Shown piece by piece: positions 20,524-29,429 of a stretch of DNA of 64,000 nt. Source of the DNA: Actinomycetota bacterium (GTDB taxonomy: Bacteria > Actinomycetota > Actinomycetes > S36-B12 > UBA5976); NCBI GenBank assembly GCA_041192345.1, contig JBEEND010000002.1, positions 29,568-93,567 on the forward strand, read 5' to 3'. Positions within the stretch are counted from its first letter, which is position 1; the number at the start of each line of letters is the position of its first letter. The translations under genes and the position numbers were made by a program. The notes under the pieces were generated by a model. The model was not told where the DNA came from, searched no databases, and was given only the letters and a program-made list of their open reading frames with translations.

Positions 20524-20976
20524 TTATTCTCCTGCAGGTAACGCCAGCATAAATACAAATCTAAATTTTCCGATTTGAACTTCATCTCCGTTTGTCAGCG
20601 CAGTACTGCTAACTCGATGCTTATTGACATAAGTGCCATTTAGCGAACCGGCATCACTTAGCGTCCAGGCACTGCCAACTAATTCAACAACTGCATGCTT
20701 GCGCGAGACAGTAACGTCATCTAGGAACACTTGACTGTCCGATGATCGTCCAATGGAAATCTTTTGTGCTCCAGTTAGAGCAAACTGCATACCTTCAAGT
20801 GGTCCGCGTCTGACCACAAGATAAGCGCCGCCACCTGGCAAGCCAGCTAACTTGGCCGCATCAACGGCTGCATACTCGCCAGTATCGGGATCACCAACGA
20901 GAGAAATCATGCTGGTTTCATTCAGATTAACCGGAACAGACTTGGTTAAGTCAGTCTCTTCATCGTTAGTGCCCAT
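20524..20976 (-). CDS. garA: FHA-domain regulator GarA/OdhI
   Basis: N-terminal ETS phospho-acceptor-like segment and C-terminal FHA domain (IGRSSDSQVFLDDVTVSRKHA..SLNGTYVN). Confidence 0.85.
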   Translation of the reverse strand: MGTNDEETDLTKSVPVNLNETSMISLVGDPDTGEYAAVDAAKLAGLPGGGAYLVVRRGPLEGMQFALTGAQKISIGRSSDSQVFLDDVTVSRKHAVVELVGSAWTLSDAGSLNGTYVNKHRVSSTALTNGDEVQIGKFRFVFMLALPAGE

Positions 20977-20997
20977 GTCTATACCTTAACGTGAGGC

Positions 20998-21390
20998 TTA
21001 ACTTGAAGTCATGTCTCGGTAGGCAGCAGCGTCAAGAAGCCCAGCAACTATTGCGCTAGCGTCCCCAGAAACCTTAAGTTCAACAATCCAACCATTGTTG
21101 TATGGGTCGGAATTGAGCGTGTCTGGCGATGTTTCAATTGCGTCATTTCGAGCTACGACCTCGCCACTAACCGGAGCGAAAATGTCGCTTACGCTCTTAG
21201 TCGATTCGACTTCACCACATGTGGCGCCCGCAGTAAGCATGTCGCCAACATTTGGCAGCGAGACAAAGACTATGTCGCCAAGGGCGTCTTGCGCGTAGTC
21301 AGTAATGCCAAAGCGAACCGTGGATTCACCAACCACTCGGATCCATTCGTGCTCAGCAGTGTAATTCAGGTCTTCAGGTATGTTGCTCAT
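20998..21390 (-). CDS. gcvH: Glycine cleavage system H protein
   Basis: YTAEHEWIRV and the lipoyl-lysine motif GEVESTKSVSD. Start at MSNIPEDL preferred over the 6-codon extension. Confidence 0.9.
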   Translation of the reverse strand: MSNIPEDLNYTAEHEWIRVVGESTVRFGITDYAQDALGDIVFVSLPNVGDMLTAGATCGEVESTKSVSDIFAPVSGEVVARNDAIETSPDTLNSDPYNNGWIVELKVSGDASAIVAGLLDAAAYRDMTSS

Positions 21391-21414
21391 GCCTAAAGCG
21401 TACGGCACTTCAGG

Positions 21415-22152
21415 TTAAGAATTTGGCAGGGGCACCGTTGCTGAGATGTTTACGCTTTGACTTTCGCCAATGGAAATCTGGCCGCCGCCTGCTCCGACCG
21501 TGTCCACTAATCCACCTGGAATCTTGATCGCGGGAATCAACACTGTTGGGTCACCAATTACGGAAATTAGGATCGGGACTTGTAGCGCCGTGCCCCCAAT
21601 AGTTACTCCGTTAGTGCTATCCGCAAACCAAGAATTCGCCACAATCCGAATCGCCAGTTCAGGATCAGAAATTTGAATCGCAACTGCGCCGGCATCCCGA
21701 AGCTCTTGAATCGCGTCTAGCAATGTGGATGAGCTGAGATTTCCCGTGATTGTGATTTCGATACCTGTTGCAATAATTTGCTCACTGCCGGCTAATACTC
21801 CTAGGGCATTAGCGCGCCGTTTTGCTTCATTCAGAGCTGAGTATTCATCACCACCAAGAAGAGTTTCGCGCGCACTTTCTAGCCGTGAGTTCTCAGCTTC
21901 CAATCGCGCTTCCCGCTGCGCTAAGTCATCTAACAGGCTGACCAGGTCACTCTGGCGCGCATTAGACAAAATCGCATCCGATCTATTTGCGGAAATAGCA
22001 GCAGTCAAAGTAAAGCCGAGAATCAAAAATAACACCGTAATCACAAACTGAGTTCCAGTTCGCTGTGGTGTTAGGGATCGCTTAAGTCGAAATCTTGCTT
22101 CCGCAGAAGTGCGCGCTGGGCGAAATTTCCGAGGCGCCGAATGCATACCCAT
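21415..22152 (-). CDS. DUF881 membrane protein
   Basis: N-terminal TM, coiled-coil, and C-terminal DUF881-like domain. Conserved DUF881 / small basic protein / DUF881 triplet. Confidence 0.65.
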   Translation of the reverse strand: MGMHSAPRKFRPARTSAEARFRLKRSLTPQRTGTQFVITVLFLILGFTLTAAISANRSDAILSNARQSDLVSLLDDLAQREARLEAENSRLESARETLLGGDEYSALNEAKRRANALGVLAGSEQIIATGIEITITGNLSSSTLLDAIQELRDAGAVAIQISDPELAIRIVANSWFADSTNGVTIGGTALQVPILISVIGDPTVLIPAIKIPGGLVDTVGAGGGQISIGESQSVNISATVPLPNS

Positions 22153-22154
22153 TG

Positions 22155-22487
22155 TTAAGCCTTGAGCAGATGTCGACGAATAGCAGCTACGTTAGCGAAA
22201 ATTCGCATCGTTAGTACCACGACAACACCTGTGGACATCTGGGAACCAACTCCCAGTTGATCTCCAAGGAATACGATCATGGCCGCGACTAAAACATTCG
22301 ATAGAAAAGAAATAACAAATATTCGATCGTTAAATAAACCATCTAAGACCGAACGAAACGCACCAAAAACCGCGTCCAAAGCTGCCACAACTGCAATCGG
22401 CAAATACGGCTGGAGCCAGATTGGCACTGTGGGCTGAAACAAGAGGCCAAACACAATGCCAACGAGTAATCCAATGGCAGGAATCAA
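22155..22487 (-). CDS. Small basic membrane protein (DUF1290/Sbp)
   Basis: 110 aa, 3-4 TM, ends RRHLLKA. Sandwiched between two DUF881 genes as in other actinobacteria. Confidence 0.7.
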   Translation of the reverse strand: MIPAIGLLVGIVFGLLFQPTVPIWLQPYLPIAVVAALDAVFGAFRSVLDGLFNDRIFVISFLSNVLVAAMIVFLGDQLGVGSQMSTGVVVVLTMRIFANVAAIRRHLLKA

Positions 22488-23287
22488 GGCGTGTCCTCTC
22501 TGATGGCTGAAGCGGCTGCGGGCAATGTCAATTCACCAACAGTTTGTAGTTCCCAGAATACGCCGTAGGTAGCCTCTAACTCTTCAAGCAACAATCCCGC
22601 GGTGCCCTCGCGAAATCTTCCAATAATTAGATTTGCGTCTGGTCCTATCGCTGAAACAACATAGGGCGGTATCAATGGACGATAGTTGACCAAGATGGCC
22701 TCGCCTGCCGACCTTATGGCTGAAGTCGGCGTCAATCTGCGACCATTTATGGCGATATTCGTAGCGCCAGCTTGCCAGAGTCCATTCACAACAATTTGTA
22801 AATCACGGTCCACTATTTTGCCTGGGTCATTTACTAGTGCACCTTCAGTAGTGACTGGCGCATCATCGATCGTCACAGTGACTCCGCTGCCAGTTACTTC
22901 GCTTTGGCCAGTTGCACTTCGTAATCGTTCTAACCGTTGTTGCGCTTGCTCTCCCAAGGAAGTGCCTGCCAATATCGATCGTTCTGCGGCAATCAAATCG
23001 TTTTGCGCCGTCAGGACACTTGCCTCAAGTGCCTGCACTCTGCGATCAGCAGCTTGCACTCTATCAACTAACGCATTTCGGGTAAGTGAGTTTTCAGTCG
23101 CCTGAATTCTCGTTTGCGCAATTGCCATACCTAAAACTAAAGTCACTAAAGTTGCCGAAGCTGCAACAACTAATACCCGAAATGAATCCCGCCCGCTTCG
23201 ATTCCTAAATTGGGTTTTTTGAGTGTCGGCGTAATCTGAAGCCAAGGCATCGGCAAGTAGCGCATCGAGTGACGCGTCAATTCGCAT
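22484..23287 (-). CDS. DUF881 membrane protein
   Basis: TM plus coiled-coil plus VNGRRLTPTSAIRSAG..ILVN motif. 4-nt overlap with the downstream gene. Confidence 0.65.
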   Translation of the reverse strand: MRIDASLDALLADALASDYADTQKTQFRNRSGRDSFRVLVVAASATLVTLVLGMAIAQTRIQATENSLTRNALVDRVQAADRRVQALEASVLTAQNDLIAAERSILAGTSLGEQAQQRLERLRSATGQSEVTGSGVTVTIDDAPVTTEGALVNDPGKIVDRDLQIVVNGLWQAGATNIAINGRRLTPTSAIRSAGEAILVNYRPLIPPYVVSAIGPDANLIIGRFREGTAGLLLEELEATYGVFWELQTVGELTLPAAASAIREDTP

Positions 23288-23858
23288 GTAACGAACTCCG
23301 CATCGACCAAATCTGGTTTAAGTAAAGCGTTGCAGCGTACCAATACATCGTGATACCCCAAATCAAAAATGCCCAACCAAAAACGTGCGCAACTTCGCCA
23401 ACCGCGTTCTGGAAGTTACCCAGCAGAATAAGTGGAAGCGCGTACAAGAGATTCATAGTTGCAGCTTTTCCAACAAAATGAACTGGGATACCTGTTATGC
23501 CGAATCGTTTTAAGTAAATCAGAACAAGTGACATCAGCACATCGCGCGATAGCAACGCAACGACTACCCATAAAGGAATCAAGTCTCGAATGAAGAGAGC
23601 CAGGACTGCTGCCACTACATAAAGGCGATCGGCTAGCGGGTCAAGCAACTCTCCTAGTCGACTGAACTGATTTAGTTTCCGAGCTAAGAAACCGTCTAAC
23701 CAATCTGTAAACGCACTGACAACCAAAATGTAGAGCGCTAGATCATCACGCTTAGGTCCTACTATGAGCCAAAAGAAGACTGGCACTCCAAGCAACCTAG
23801 CCGCACTGAGTGCATTTGGGATGGTTGCGATATTTAGCGACTCCTGATTAGTCACCAC
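23277..23858 (-). CDS. pgsA: CDP-alcohol phosphatidyltransferase (phosphatidylglycerophosphate synthase-like)
   Basis: CDP-alcohol motif DWLDGFLARKLNQFSRLGELLDPLADR. GTG start. Confidence 0.8.
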   Translation of the reverse strand: MVTNQESLNIATIPNALSAARLLGVPVFFWLIVGPKRDDLALYILVVSAFTDWLDGFLARKLNQFSRLGELLDPLADRLYVVAAVLALFIRDLIPLWVVVALLSRDVLMSLVLIYLKRFGITGIPVHFVGKAATMNLLYALPLILLGNFQNAVGEVAHVFGWAFLIWGITMYWYAATLYLNQIWSMRSSLHAN

Positions 23859-23954
23859 AAACCACGCACTCGATCATTACCGCATCTCACATTGCAAGCC
23901 TACGGTTAAGGCGAACAAATTCATGCGGTAACCTTTCCCGAGTAAAGAAATTAA

Positions 23955-24031
23955 GCCCTGGTACTCCAACTGGCAGAGAGCGCGGTCTCAAACACCGTTC
24001 AGTGTGGGTTCGAATCCCACTCAGGGCACCA
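23955..24031 (+). tRNA. Atypical tRNA, anticodon CAA (Leu), with a class-I (5-nt) variable loop; CCA encoded
   Basis: Hand-folded cloverleaf: acceptor GCCCTGG/TCAGGGC, D-arm CTC(C)-AACTGGCAG-(A)GAG, anticodon stem GCGGT/ACCGT with loop CTCAAAC, variable TCAGT, T-arm GTGGG-TTCGAAT-CCCAC, then A73 and CCA. U8, A14, G18G19, U33, A37, T54-C56 and A58 are all present. Confidence 0.6.
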
Positions 24032-24146
24032 ACCTAAACGTTACGAAACAATTGATTTGAACCCAAACCGAGTGCGATTTGTGGGTTCGAATCCCACTCA
24101 GGGCACCAACCTAAACGTTACGAAACATTTGATTCGAACCCACACC
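24004..24146 (+). repeat. Tandem duplication (period 77 nt) of the tRNA T-arm, 3' acceptor, CCA and about 38 nt of downstream sequence
   Basis: Copy 1 starts at 24004 and copy 2 at 24081. The first 47 nt are identical and 63 of 66 aligned nt match. Each copy contains GTGGGTTCGAATC ... GATT(T/C)GAACCCA(C), an inverted repeat. Confidence 0.9.
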
Positions 24147-24154
24147 TGGCACAG

Positions 24155-24553
24155 TTAAAGCGCGGAAAGTGAACTTCGCAGCGTAGCTACTTGCCCTAAG
24201 AGTCCGTTTATAAAGCGGCCAGATTCCGGCGTGCTCAGCACACCAGCAATTTCGACTGCTTCCGACACAGCAACACCGCTATCAACCTCAGGGCGCCAAA
24301 GTAACTCTGCAATGCCAACTCGAACAATTGCTCGATCTACTGCAGGCATTCGCTCCAGTGGCCAAGCTTGGGAATAAGTATCGATGATCTCATTGATGCG
24401 TTCGATGTTTGATTCAACAAGAGCTGCAAGTTCGATTGCATAGTCGTTGACCGCAGGATTGCGCTCAAACACATCCGGCGACATGACGCCACGTTGTTCG
24501 GCTTCAAATAATGACTCCACTGCGCGCTGACGCGCTTTTGTTCTAGTGCGCAC
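24155..24553 (-). CDS. nusB: Transcription antitermination factor NusB
   Basis: RTKARQRAVESLFEAE and the DRAIVRVGIAELL motif. GTG start directly after the efp stop. Confidence 0.9.
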   Translation of the reverse strand: MRTRTKARQRAVESLFEAEQRGVMSPDVFERNPAVNDYAIELAALVESNIERINEIIDTYSQAWPLERMPAVDRAIVRVGIAELLWRPEVDSGVAVSEAVEIAGVLSTPESGRFINGLLGQVATLRSSLSAL

Positions 24554-25114
24554 TTAGTTGATGCGACCTTGGTATGAGCCATCGCGAGTATCGACTTTAA
24601 CTTTGGTATTTGCTTCGATAAAGAGTGGCACTTTTATTTCTGCGCCAGTTTCAAGAGTTGCTGGCTTACTGCCCGCGCTTGAACGATCTCCCTGTAATCC
24701 AGGCTCGGTATAAGTAATCATGAGTTCGACCATCGCAGGCAATTCAAGATAAATAGGTAAGTCATTATGAATTGCGACTACGCCTTCTTGATTTTCCAGC
24801 ATGTATTTCGCGCCATCGCCAACAATGGCGTCAGAAAGTGTGTACTGTTCAAAAGTTTGTAGATCCATGAAGATCCAGCCATCGCCATCTCGGTACAAGT
24901 ACTGCATGTTGCGCTTATCTACATCTGCAGTATCCACGGACACGCCAGCGTTAAAAGTCTTGTCAACAACTTTTCCAGTCAGAATGTTCTTCAACTTTGT
25001 GCGTACAAATGCTGGACCCTTACCAGGCTTAACGTGTTGGAATTCAACTACTGTCCACAGCTGTCCATCAATGTTCAGGACTAAGCCATTCTTTAGGTCA
25101 TTCGTTGATGCCAC
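24554..25114 (-). CDS. efp: Elongation factor P
   Basis: [39 protein letters not shown]. Confidence 0.95.
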   Translation of the reverse strand: MASTNDLKNGLVLNIDGQLWTVVEFQHVKPGKGPAFVRTKLKNILTGKVVDKTFNAGVSVDTADVDKRNMQYLYRDGDGWIFMDLQTFEQYTLSDAIVGDGAKYMLENQEGVVAIHNDLPIYLELPAMVELMITYTEPGLQGDRSSAGSKPATLETGAEIKVPLFIEANTKVKVDTRDGSYQGRIN

Positions 25115-25135
25115 GAGCGCTCCTTGGTAGGTTTT

Positions 25136-26188
25136 TCAAATCTCGATAAGTTCATACGGTAAATCAGTAAGGTTCTCGTAACTTTCAACGGTGACCACAA
25201 CTGTATCTTCTATTCGAACTCCCCCACGATCTCGCAAGTAGATCCCAGGCTCGACCGTTAATACCGTATTTTCTGCAATCTTATCGTGTGATCCACGGCC
25301 AAAAAACGGCGTCTCATGGATCTCAAGTCCAACTCCGTGTCCAAGCCCATGAGTAAAGAATTCGAGGTGCCCGCTGGTTTTCAAAGTGTCACTTACGGCA
25401 GTTTCAACTGCTAAAAATGTTGCTTGCGCACTTAATGCATTACGCCCGGCTAATTGCGCCGCAGCCAAGGCCTGATAAATCTCAACTTGCCAATCCGCAG
25501 CTTTGCCAACGACAACGGTACGAGTGCAATCAGCGTGGTAGCCGGCGATCTTTGCACCAAAATCAATCTTTAAGAAGTCACCGCTCGCGACTTCTCGATC
25601 CGTCGGCTCATGATGTGGGATCGCACTATTTGGTCCAGCAGCAACGATTGAACTAAAAGCCACATCATCTGCTCCCATAAGGCGCATGTTCTGTTCAAGA
25701 TTGTTTCTAATCTCTCGCTCGCTCTGACCAACTTTGATTTGCTCGATACACATGCGCCAAGCCGCAACAGAAATTTCACATGCAGTTCGGATGATCCGCA
25801 ACTCCGCATCATCCTTAACTTGTCTGTGTGCTTCGACAATTCCCGTTTTTGCAACAAATTTGTGAATTTGAAACATTTCGGTAAGCGAAGTTAGTTGCGA
25901 AACGCTCAGGTTATTTGATTCGAACCAGATTTCCGCAGGTTGCTCTTTTTTGATTAACAGCTCACTGAGGTTACGTCCGATAACAATGTCCACATCAAAA
26001 CATTGTTGTGAACTTTGAATTTCATACCGAGAATCGGTGGCGAGTGTGGCTGTCGCTTTAGTGATCAAAAGCGCGCCATTTGAACCGGTAAAACCGCAAA
26101 GATAACGGATATTAATTAAATTGGTTACATAAAAGAATTGTTCATCTTGCAGCGAATCCTGAATTCTTGAGATTCTGGATTTAGTCAC
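25136..26188 (-). CDS. pepQ: M24-family aminopeptidase P / Xaa-Pro dipeptidase
   Basis: KIDFGAKIAGYHADCTRT, HGLGHGVGLEIHE, TVEPGIY..GGVRIED. GTGA overlap with the aroQ stop. Confidence 0.8.
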   Translation of the reverse strand: MTKSRISRIQDSLQDEQFFYVTNLINIRYLCGFTGSNGALLITKATATLATDSRYEIQSSQQCFDVDIVIGRNLSELLIKKEQPAEIWFESNNLSVSQLTSLTEMFQIHKFVAKTGIVEAHRQVKDDAELRIIRTACEISVAAWRMCIEQIKVGQSEREIRNNLEQNMRLMGADDVAFSSIVAAGPNSAIPHHEPTDREVASGDFLKIDFGAKIAGYHADCTRTVVVGKAADWQVEIYQALAAAQLAGRNALSAQATFLAVETAVSDTLKTSGHLEFFTHGLGHGVGLEIHETPFFGRGSHDKIAENTVLTVEPGIYLRDRGGVRIEDTVVVTVESYENLTDLPYELIEI

Positions 26189-26613
26189 GATGAAGCTATT
26201 GCCTGCAACGCTAATACATAAGATTGCGCGCCAAATCCGCTGATGGTTCCCTGGGCAAGTCCAGAGATAAAGGAAGTGTGTCTAAATTCTTCACGCGCTA
26301 GCGGATTGCTCAAATGCACTTCAATTAATCCACCTGATAGCAGAGCTGCGGCGTCTCTAATTGCGATGGAGTAATGCGTGAAAGCAGCTGGATTGAAAAC
26401 CACGAAAGTCTTAGCGGCGGCTGCTTCATGCAACCATCCAATAATGACTGCCTCATCATTTGATTGCCTGAAATCAATCTCCATGCCAAATTTAGCGCCA
26501 GTTTCACTACACAGATTTTCGATTTCGCCCAGGGTAAGAGTTCCGTAAATCTCTGTCTCTCGAGTTCCCAATTGATCCAAGTTGGGACCGTTTAAAACCA
26601 TCACTTTACGCAT
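26185..26613 (-). CDS. aroQ: Type II 3-dehydroquinate dehydratase
   Basis: VLNGPNLDQLGTRETEIYG, IEVHLSNP. Start uncertain: 26622, 26613 or 26601. 26613 gives the ATGcgTAA overlap with aroB. Confidence 0.9.
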   Translation of the reverse strand: MRKVMVLNGPNLDQLGTRETEIYGTLTLGEIENLCSETGAKFGMEIDFRQSNDEAVIIGWLHEAAAAKTFVVFNPAAFTHYSIAIRDAAALLSGGLIEVHLSNPLAREEFRHTSFISGLAQGTISGFGAQSYVLALQAIASS

Positions 26614-27694
26614 GTGTCTCACCCTGCCCTAGTTTGGCGTGAGCAGCAATTAGCAACGCCGTATCTGGCGACTGCAGAATTGCTGGTCGTCCTACGGACT
26701 CCAGAATGATAAATCTGAGTTGATCGCCCCGTGATTTCTTGTCAATCGCCATGTTAGCCAGCAACTGATCAAATGATCCGCCGTCGTACTTAGTTGGTAA
26801 ACCAACTCCCGACAGGATGTCGCTATGACGAGTTACCACATCAGCGTTCAAGCGACCTGCTAAATGTGCCAGTTGTGCGACAAACATCATGCCAACACTT
26901 ACGGCATCGCCATGGCGCCAAGTGTAATTTTCCTGACGTTCTACCGCATGGCCAAAAGTGTGACCGTAATTCAGAATCTCTCGACCACTTGAAGTACCGA
27001 GAGTTTCGCGCAGGTCGTTGCCGACTACCTCCGCTTTTACTTGAATCGTGCGTGCGATGATCTCGGGTGCATGTTCCCAGGTTGGGCTCTTTGCACCTTC
27101 GAGATCAGATTCGATCAATTCTAAGATTCGGCTATCCCGGATAAACCCACACTTAATAACCTCAGCTAATCCGCTGATGTAATCCGGTGAACCTTGCGAG
27201 CTAAGGAAATCCAAGTCACAAATAACGGCGATCGGCGAGTAAATCGCGCCAACAAGATTCTTACCTGCTGCGGTGTTGATTCCAGTCTTACCGCCAACAG
27301 CCGCGTCCACCATGGCAAGCAATGTGGTTGGGACATGCAAAACTTTAACTCCGCGCAACCAAGTTGCGCCAACAAAACCAGCTAGATCAGTAGTTGCGCC
27401 ACCACCGATAGAAATGATCAAATCGTTACGGGTAAAACCGGCTTCACCTAGCGCCGACCAGCAAAACTCTAGAACTTGAGCTGTTTTAGCATTCTCGGCA
27501 TCTGGAATTTCAATGCCGATTGAAGTAACGCCGGACAAGCTCGCGCGTACTTTGCCAGCTACCTCAGACATCGACTTTGGGTGAATGACTGCAACTTTAG
27601 AAACACCGGAAATATGATCATTAACTAATCCCAAGATGTTTCGATCAACAACTACTGAATATGTGTGCTCGGCATGAACTGAAATAGTTGTCAT
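26606..27694 (-). CDS. aroB: 3-dehydroquinate synthase
   Basis: GGGATTDLAGFVGATWLRGV, NYGHTFGHAVE. ATGA overlap with aroK. Confidence 0.9.
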   Translation of the reverse strand: MTTISVHAEHTYSVVVDRNILGLVNDHISGVSKVAVIHPKSMSEVAGKVRASLSGVTSIGIEIPDAENAKTAQVLEFCWSALGEAGFTRNDLIISIGGGATTDLAGFVGATWLRGVKVLHVPTTLLAMVDAAVGGKTGINTAAGKNLVGAIYSPIAVICDLDFLSSQGSPDYISGLAEVIKCGFIRDSRILELIESDLEGAKSPTWEHAPEIIARTIQVKAEVVGNDLRETLGTSSGREILNYGHTFGHAVERQENYTWRHGDAVSVGMMFVAQLAHLAGRLNADVVTRHSDILSGVGLPTKYDGGSFDQLLANMAIDKKSRGDQLRFIILESVGRPAILQSPDTALLIAAHAKLGQGETHA

Positions 27695-28206
27695 GACGTT
27701 GCGTCCACTTTCTCCAACTCAGAAAGAATGTTTGACACGACTTCACCGGGAATCAATTTCGAAGTGTCAATGACAATTGTGGCCACTTCTTGGTAAAGCG
27801 GTTCTCTGGCCGTCATTAACTCAGCTAGTTGGCCCCGCACGTTGCCAAGTAGTAATGGCCGATTGCGGTTCATGCCAACGCGATCTACCGCTTGGGCTAA
27901 GCCAGCGACTAGCCAAATAGTAGTTGCGCCTTTTACCGCGCTTCGAGTATCAGAATTTCCAAGTGCCCCGCCGCCAAGTGCCAAAACTCCAACATTGTCC
28001 GCAAGCAATTTCACAATTACCTCGTGTTCAAGGCTACGAAATACGCTCTCGCCATCTTGGGTAAAAATATCGGACACACTCTTACCTGCTTGTGCTTCGA
28101 TTACTTGATCGCTATCGAAAAATTCTTGGTTCAGTGATTTCGCTAGCAATTTTCCAACTGTGGTTTTACCGGCGCCTGGAACTCCGACCAGCACTATTGC
28201 GGCCAT
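27691..28206 (-). CDS. aroK: Shikimate kinase
   Basis: Walker A GVPGAGKTTVGKLLA, FRSLE, LGGGA. Confidence 0.9.
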   Translation of the reverse strand: MAAIVLVGVPGAGKTTVGKLLAKSLNQEFFDSDQVIEAQAGKSVSDIFTQDGESVFRSLEHEVIVKLLADNVGVLALGGGALGNSDTRSAVKGATTIWLVAGLAQAVDRVGMNRNRPLLLGNVRGQLAELMTAREPLYQEVATIVIDTSKLIPGEVVSNILSELEKVDATS

Positions 28207-28208
28207 GT

Positions 28209-29384
28209 CTACATCCTCAAGTGCGCGCGGAAAGATTCAATGTTTCGGGCTGTCTCAGAAACATGATCGCCACCAAATTTTTCCAAAACTGCTTCAGCTA
28301 GAACGAGTGCGACCATGGCTTCGGCGACAACGCCAGAAGCTGGAACTGCGCACGCATCACTGCGCTGTGAAATCGCGGTGGCTGCCTCACCAGTTTCCAC
28401 ATCTACTGTTGCTAGCGCTCTGGGAACAGTTGAGATTGGCTTCATCGCTGCGCGTACTCGAATTGCTTCGCCGGTACTCATGCCGCCTTCAGTGCCGCCA
28501 CTTCGACCAGTTTGGCGTCGCAATAATCCGCTGTCACTGTAAATTTCATCGTGTGCCTCGGAGCCGCGACGTCTGGCGGTTTCAAATCCATCGCCAATTT
28601 CAACACCCTTGATAGCTTGAATTCCCATAAGCGCTGCAGCAAGTTTGCTATCAAGACGACGATCCCAATGCACGTGTGATCCCAACCCGACAGGAACTCC
28701 GTGAGCCACAACTTCTACGACTCCGCCTAAAGTATCGCCATCGGATTGCGCAGCTAAGATTTCGGCTTGCATAGCTGCGCTAGCCGTTGGTGAAAAACAG
28801 CGAACTGGATCGTTATCAATGTCAGTAACATCAGCGAAGTCAGGAATTTCGGTGGAATCCGTTTCGATTGTTCCAATGCTAACTACGTGACTAAGAATTG
28901 TTATCCCAGCAACTTGCTGCAGGAACTTCTTTGCAACCTCGCCCAGGGCTACGCGCGCAGCAGTCTCGCGGGCGCTGGCTCGCTCCAAAATTGGTCGCGC
29001 ATCATTGAGTGAGTACTTTTGCATACCCGCTAAATCTGCATGACCTGGACGCGGCCGAGTTAGTGGAGCATTACGAGCCACATTTACCAAATCTGCTTGA
29101 TCTACTGGGTCGGCGGACATCACATCCTGCCATTTAGGCCATTCCGAATTAGCTACTGAAATAGCAACTGGTCCGCCTTGGGTGAAGCCATGGCGAATCC
29201 CACCAGTGATGGTTACCTCATCTTGTTCAAATTTCATCCGAGCGCCTCGGCCAAAACCGAGCCTTCGTCGGGCCAGGGCTTCGTCAATATCAGCAGTACA
29301 GACTTCAACTCCAGCAGGCAGACCCTCCAGAATTGCAGACAGGGCCGGGCCGTGAGATTCTCCAGCAGTAAGCCAACGCAACAT
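28209..29384 (-). CDS. aroC: Chorismate synthase
   Basis: [22 protein letters not shown], and [13 protein letters not shown]-type signatures. Confidence 0.95.
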   Translation of the reverse strand: MLRWLTAGESHGPALSAILEGLPAGVEVCTADIDEALARRRLGFGRGARMKFEQDEVTITGGIRHGFTQGGPVAISVANSEWPKWQDVMSADPVDQADLVNVARNAPLTRPRPGHADLAGMQKYSLNDARPILERASARETAARVALGEVAKKFLQQVAGITILSHVVSIGTIETDSTEIPDFADVTDIDNDPVRCFSPTASAAMQAEILAAQSDGDTLGGVVEVVAHGVPVGLGSHVHWDRRLDSKLAAALMGIQAIKGVEIGDGFETARRRGSEAHDEIYSDSGLLRRQTGRSGGTEGGMSTGEAIRVRAAMKPISTVPRALATVDVETGEAATAISQRSDACAVPASGVVAEAMVALVLAEAVLEKFGGDHVSETARNIESFRAHLRM

Positions 29385-29429
29385 GGCTCTATTCTTTCAC
29401 TAATTGAGCAATAACACCGAATTGGCAGA

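Noticed and set aside
20621-20650. A second dif-like half site (TTATGTCAATAA on the minus strand).
   Set aside because: It lies inside the garA FHA-domain coding sequence (codons T-Y-V-N-K-H). The XerC arm is poor, keeping only the TAA of the ATAA core, and the XerD arm ends ATA instead of AGT. This looks like a chance match.
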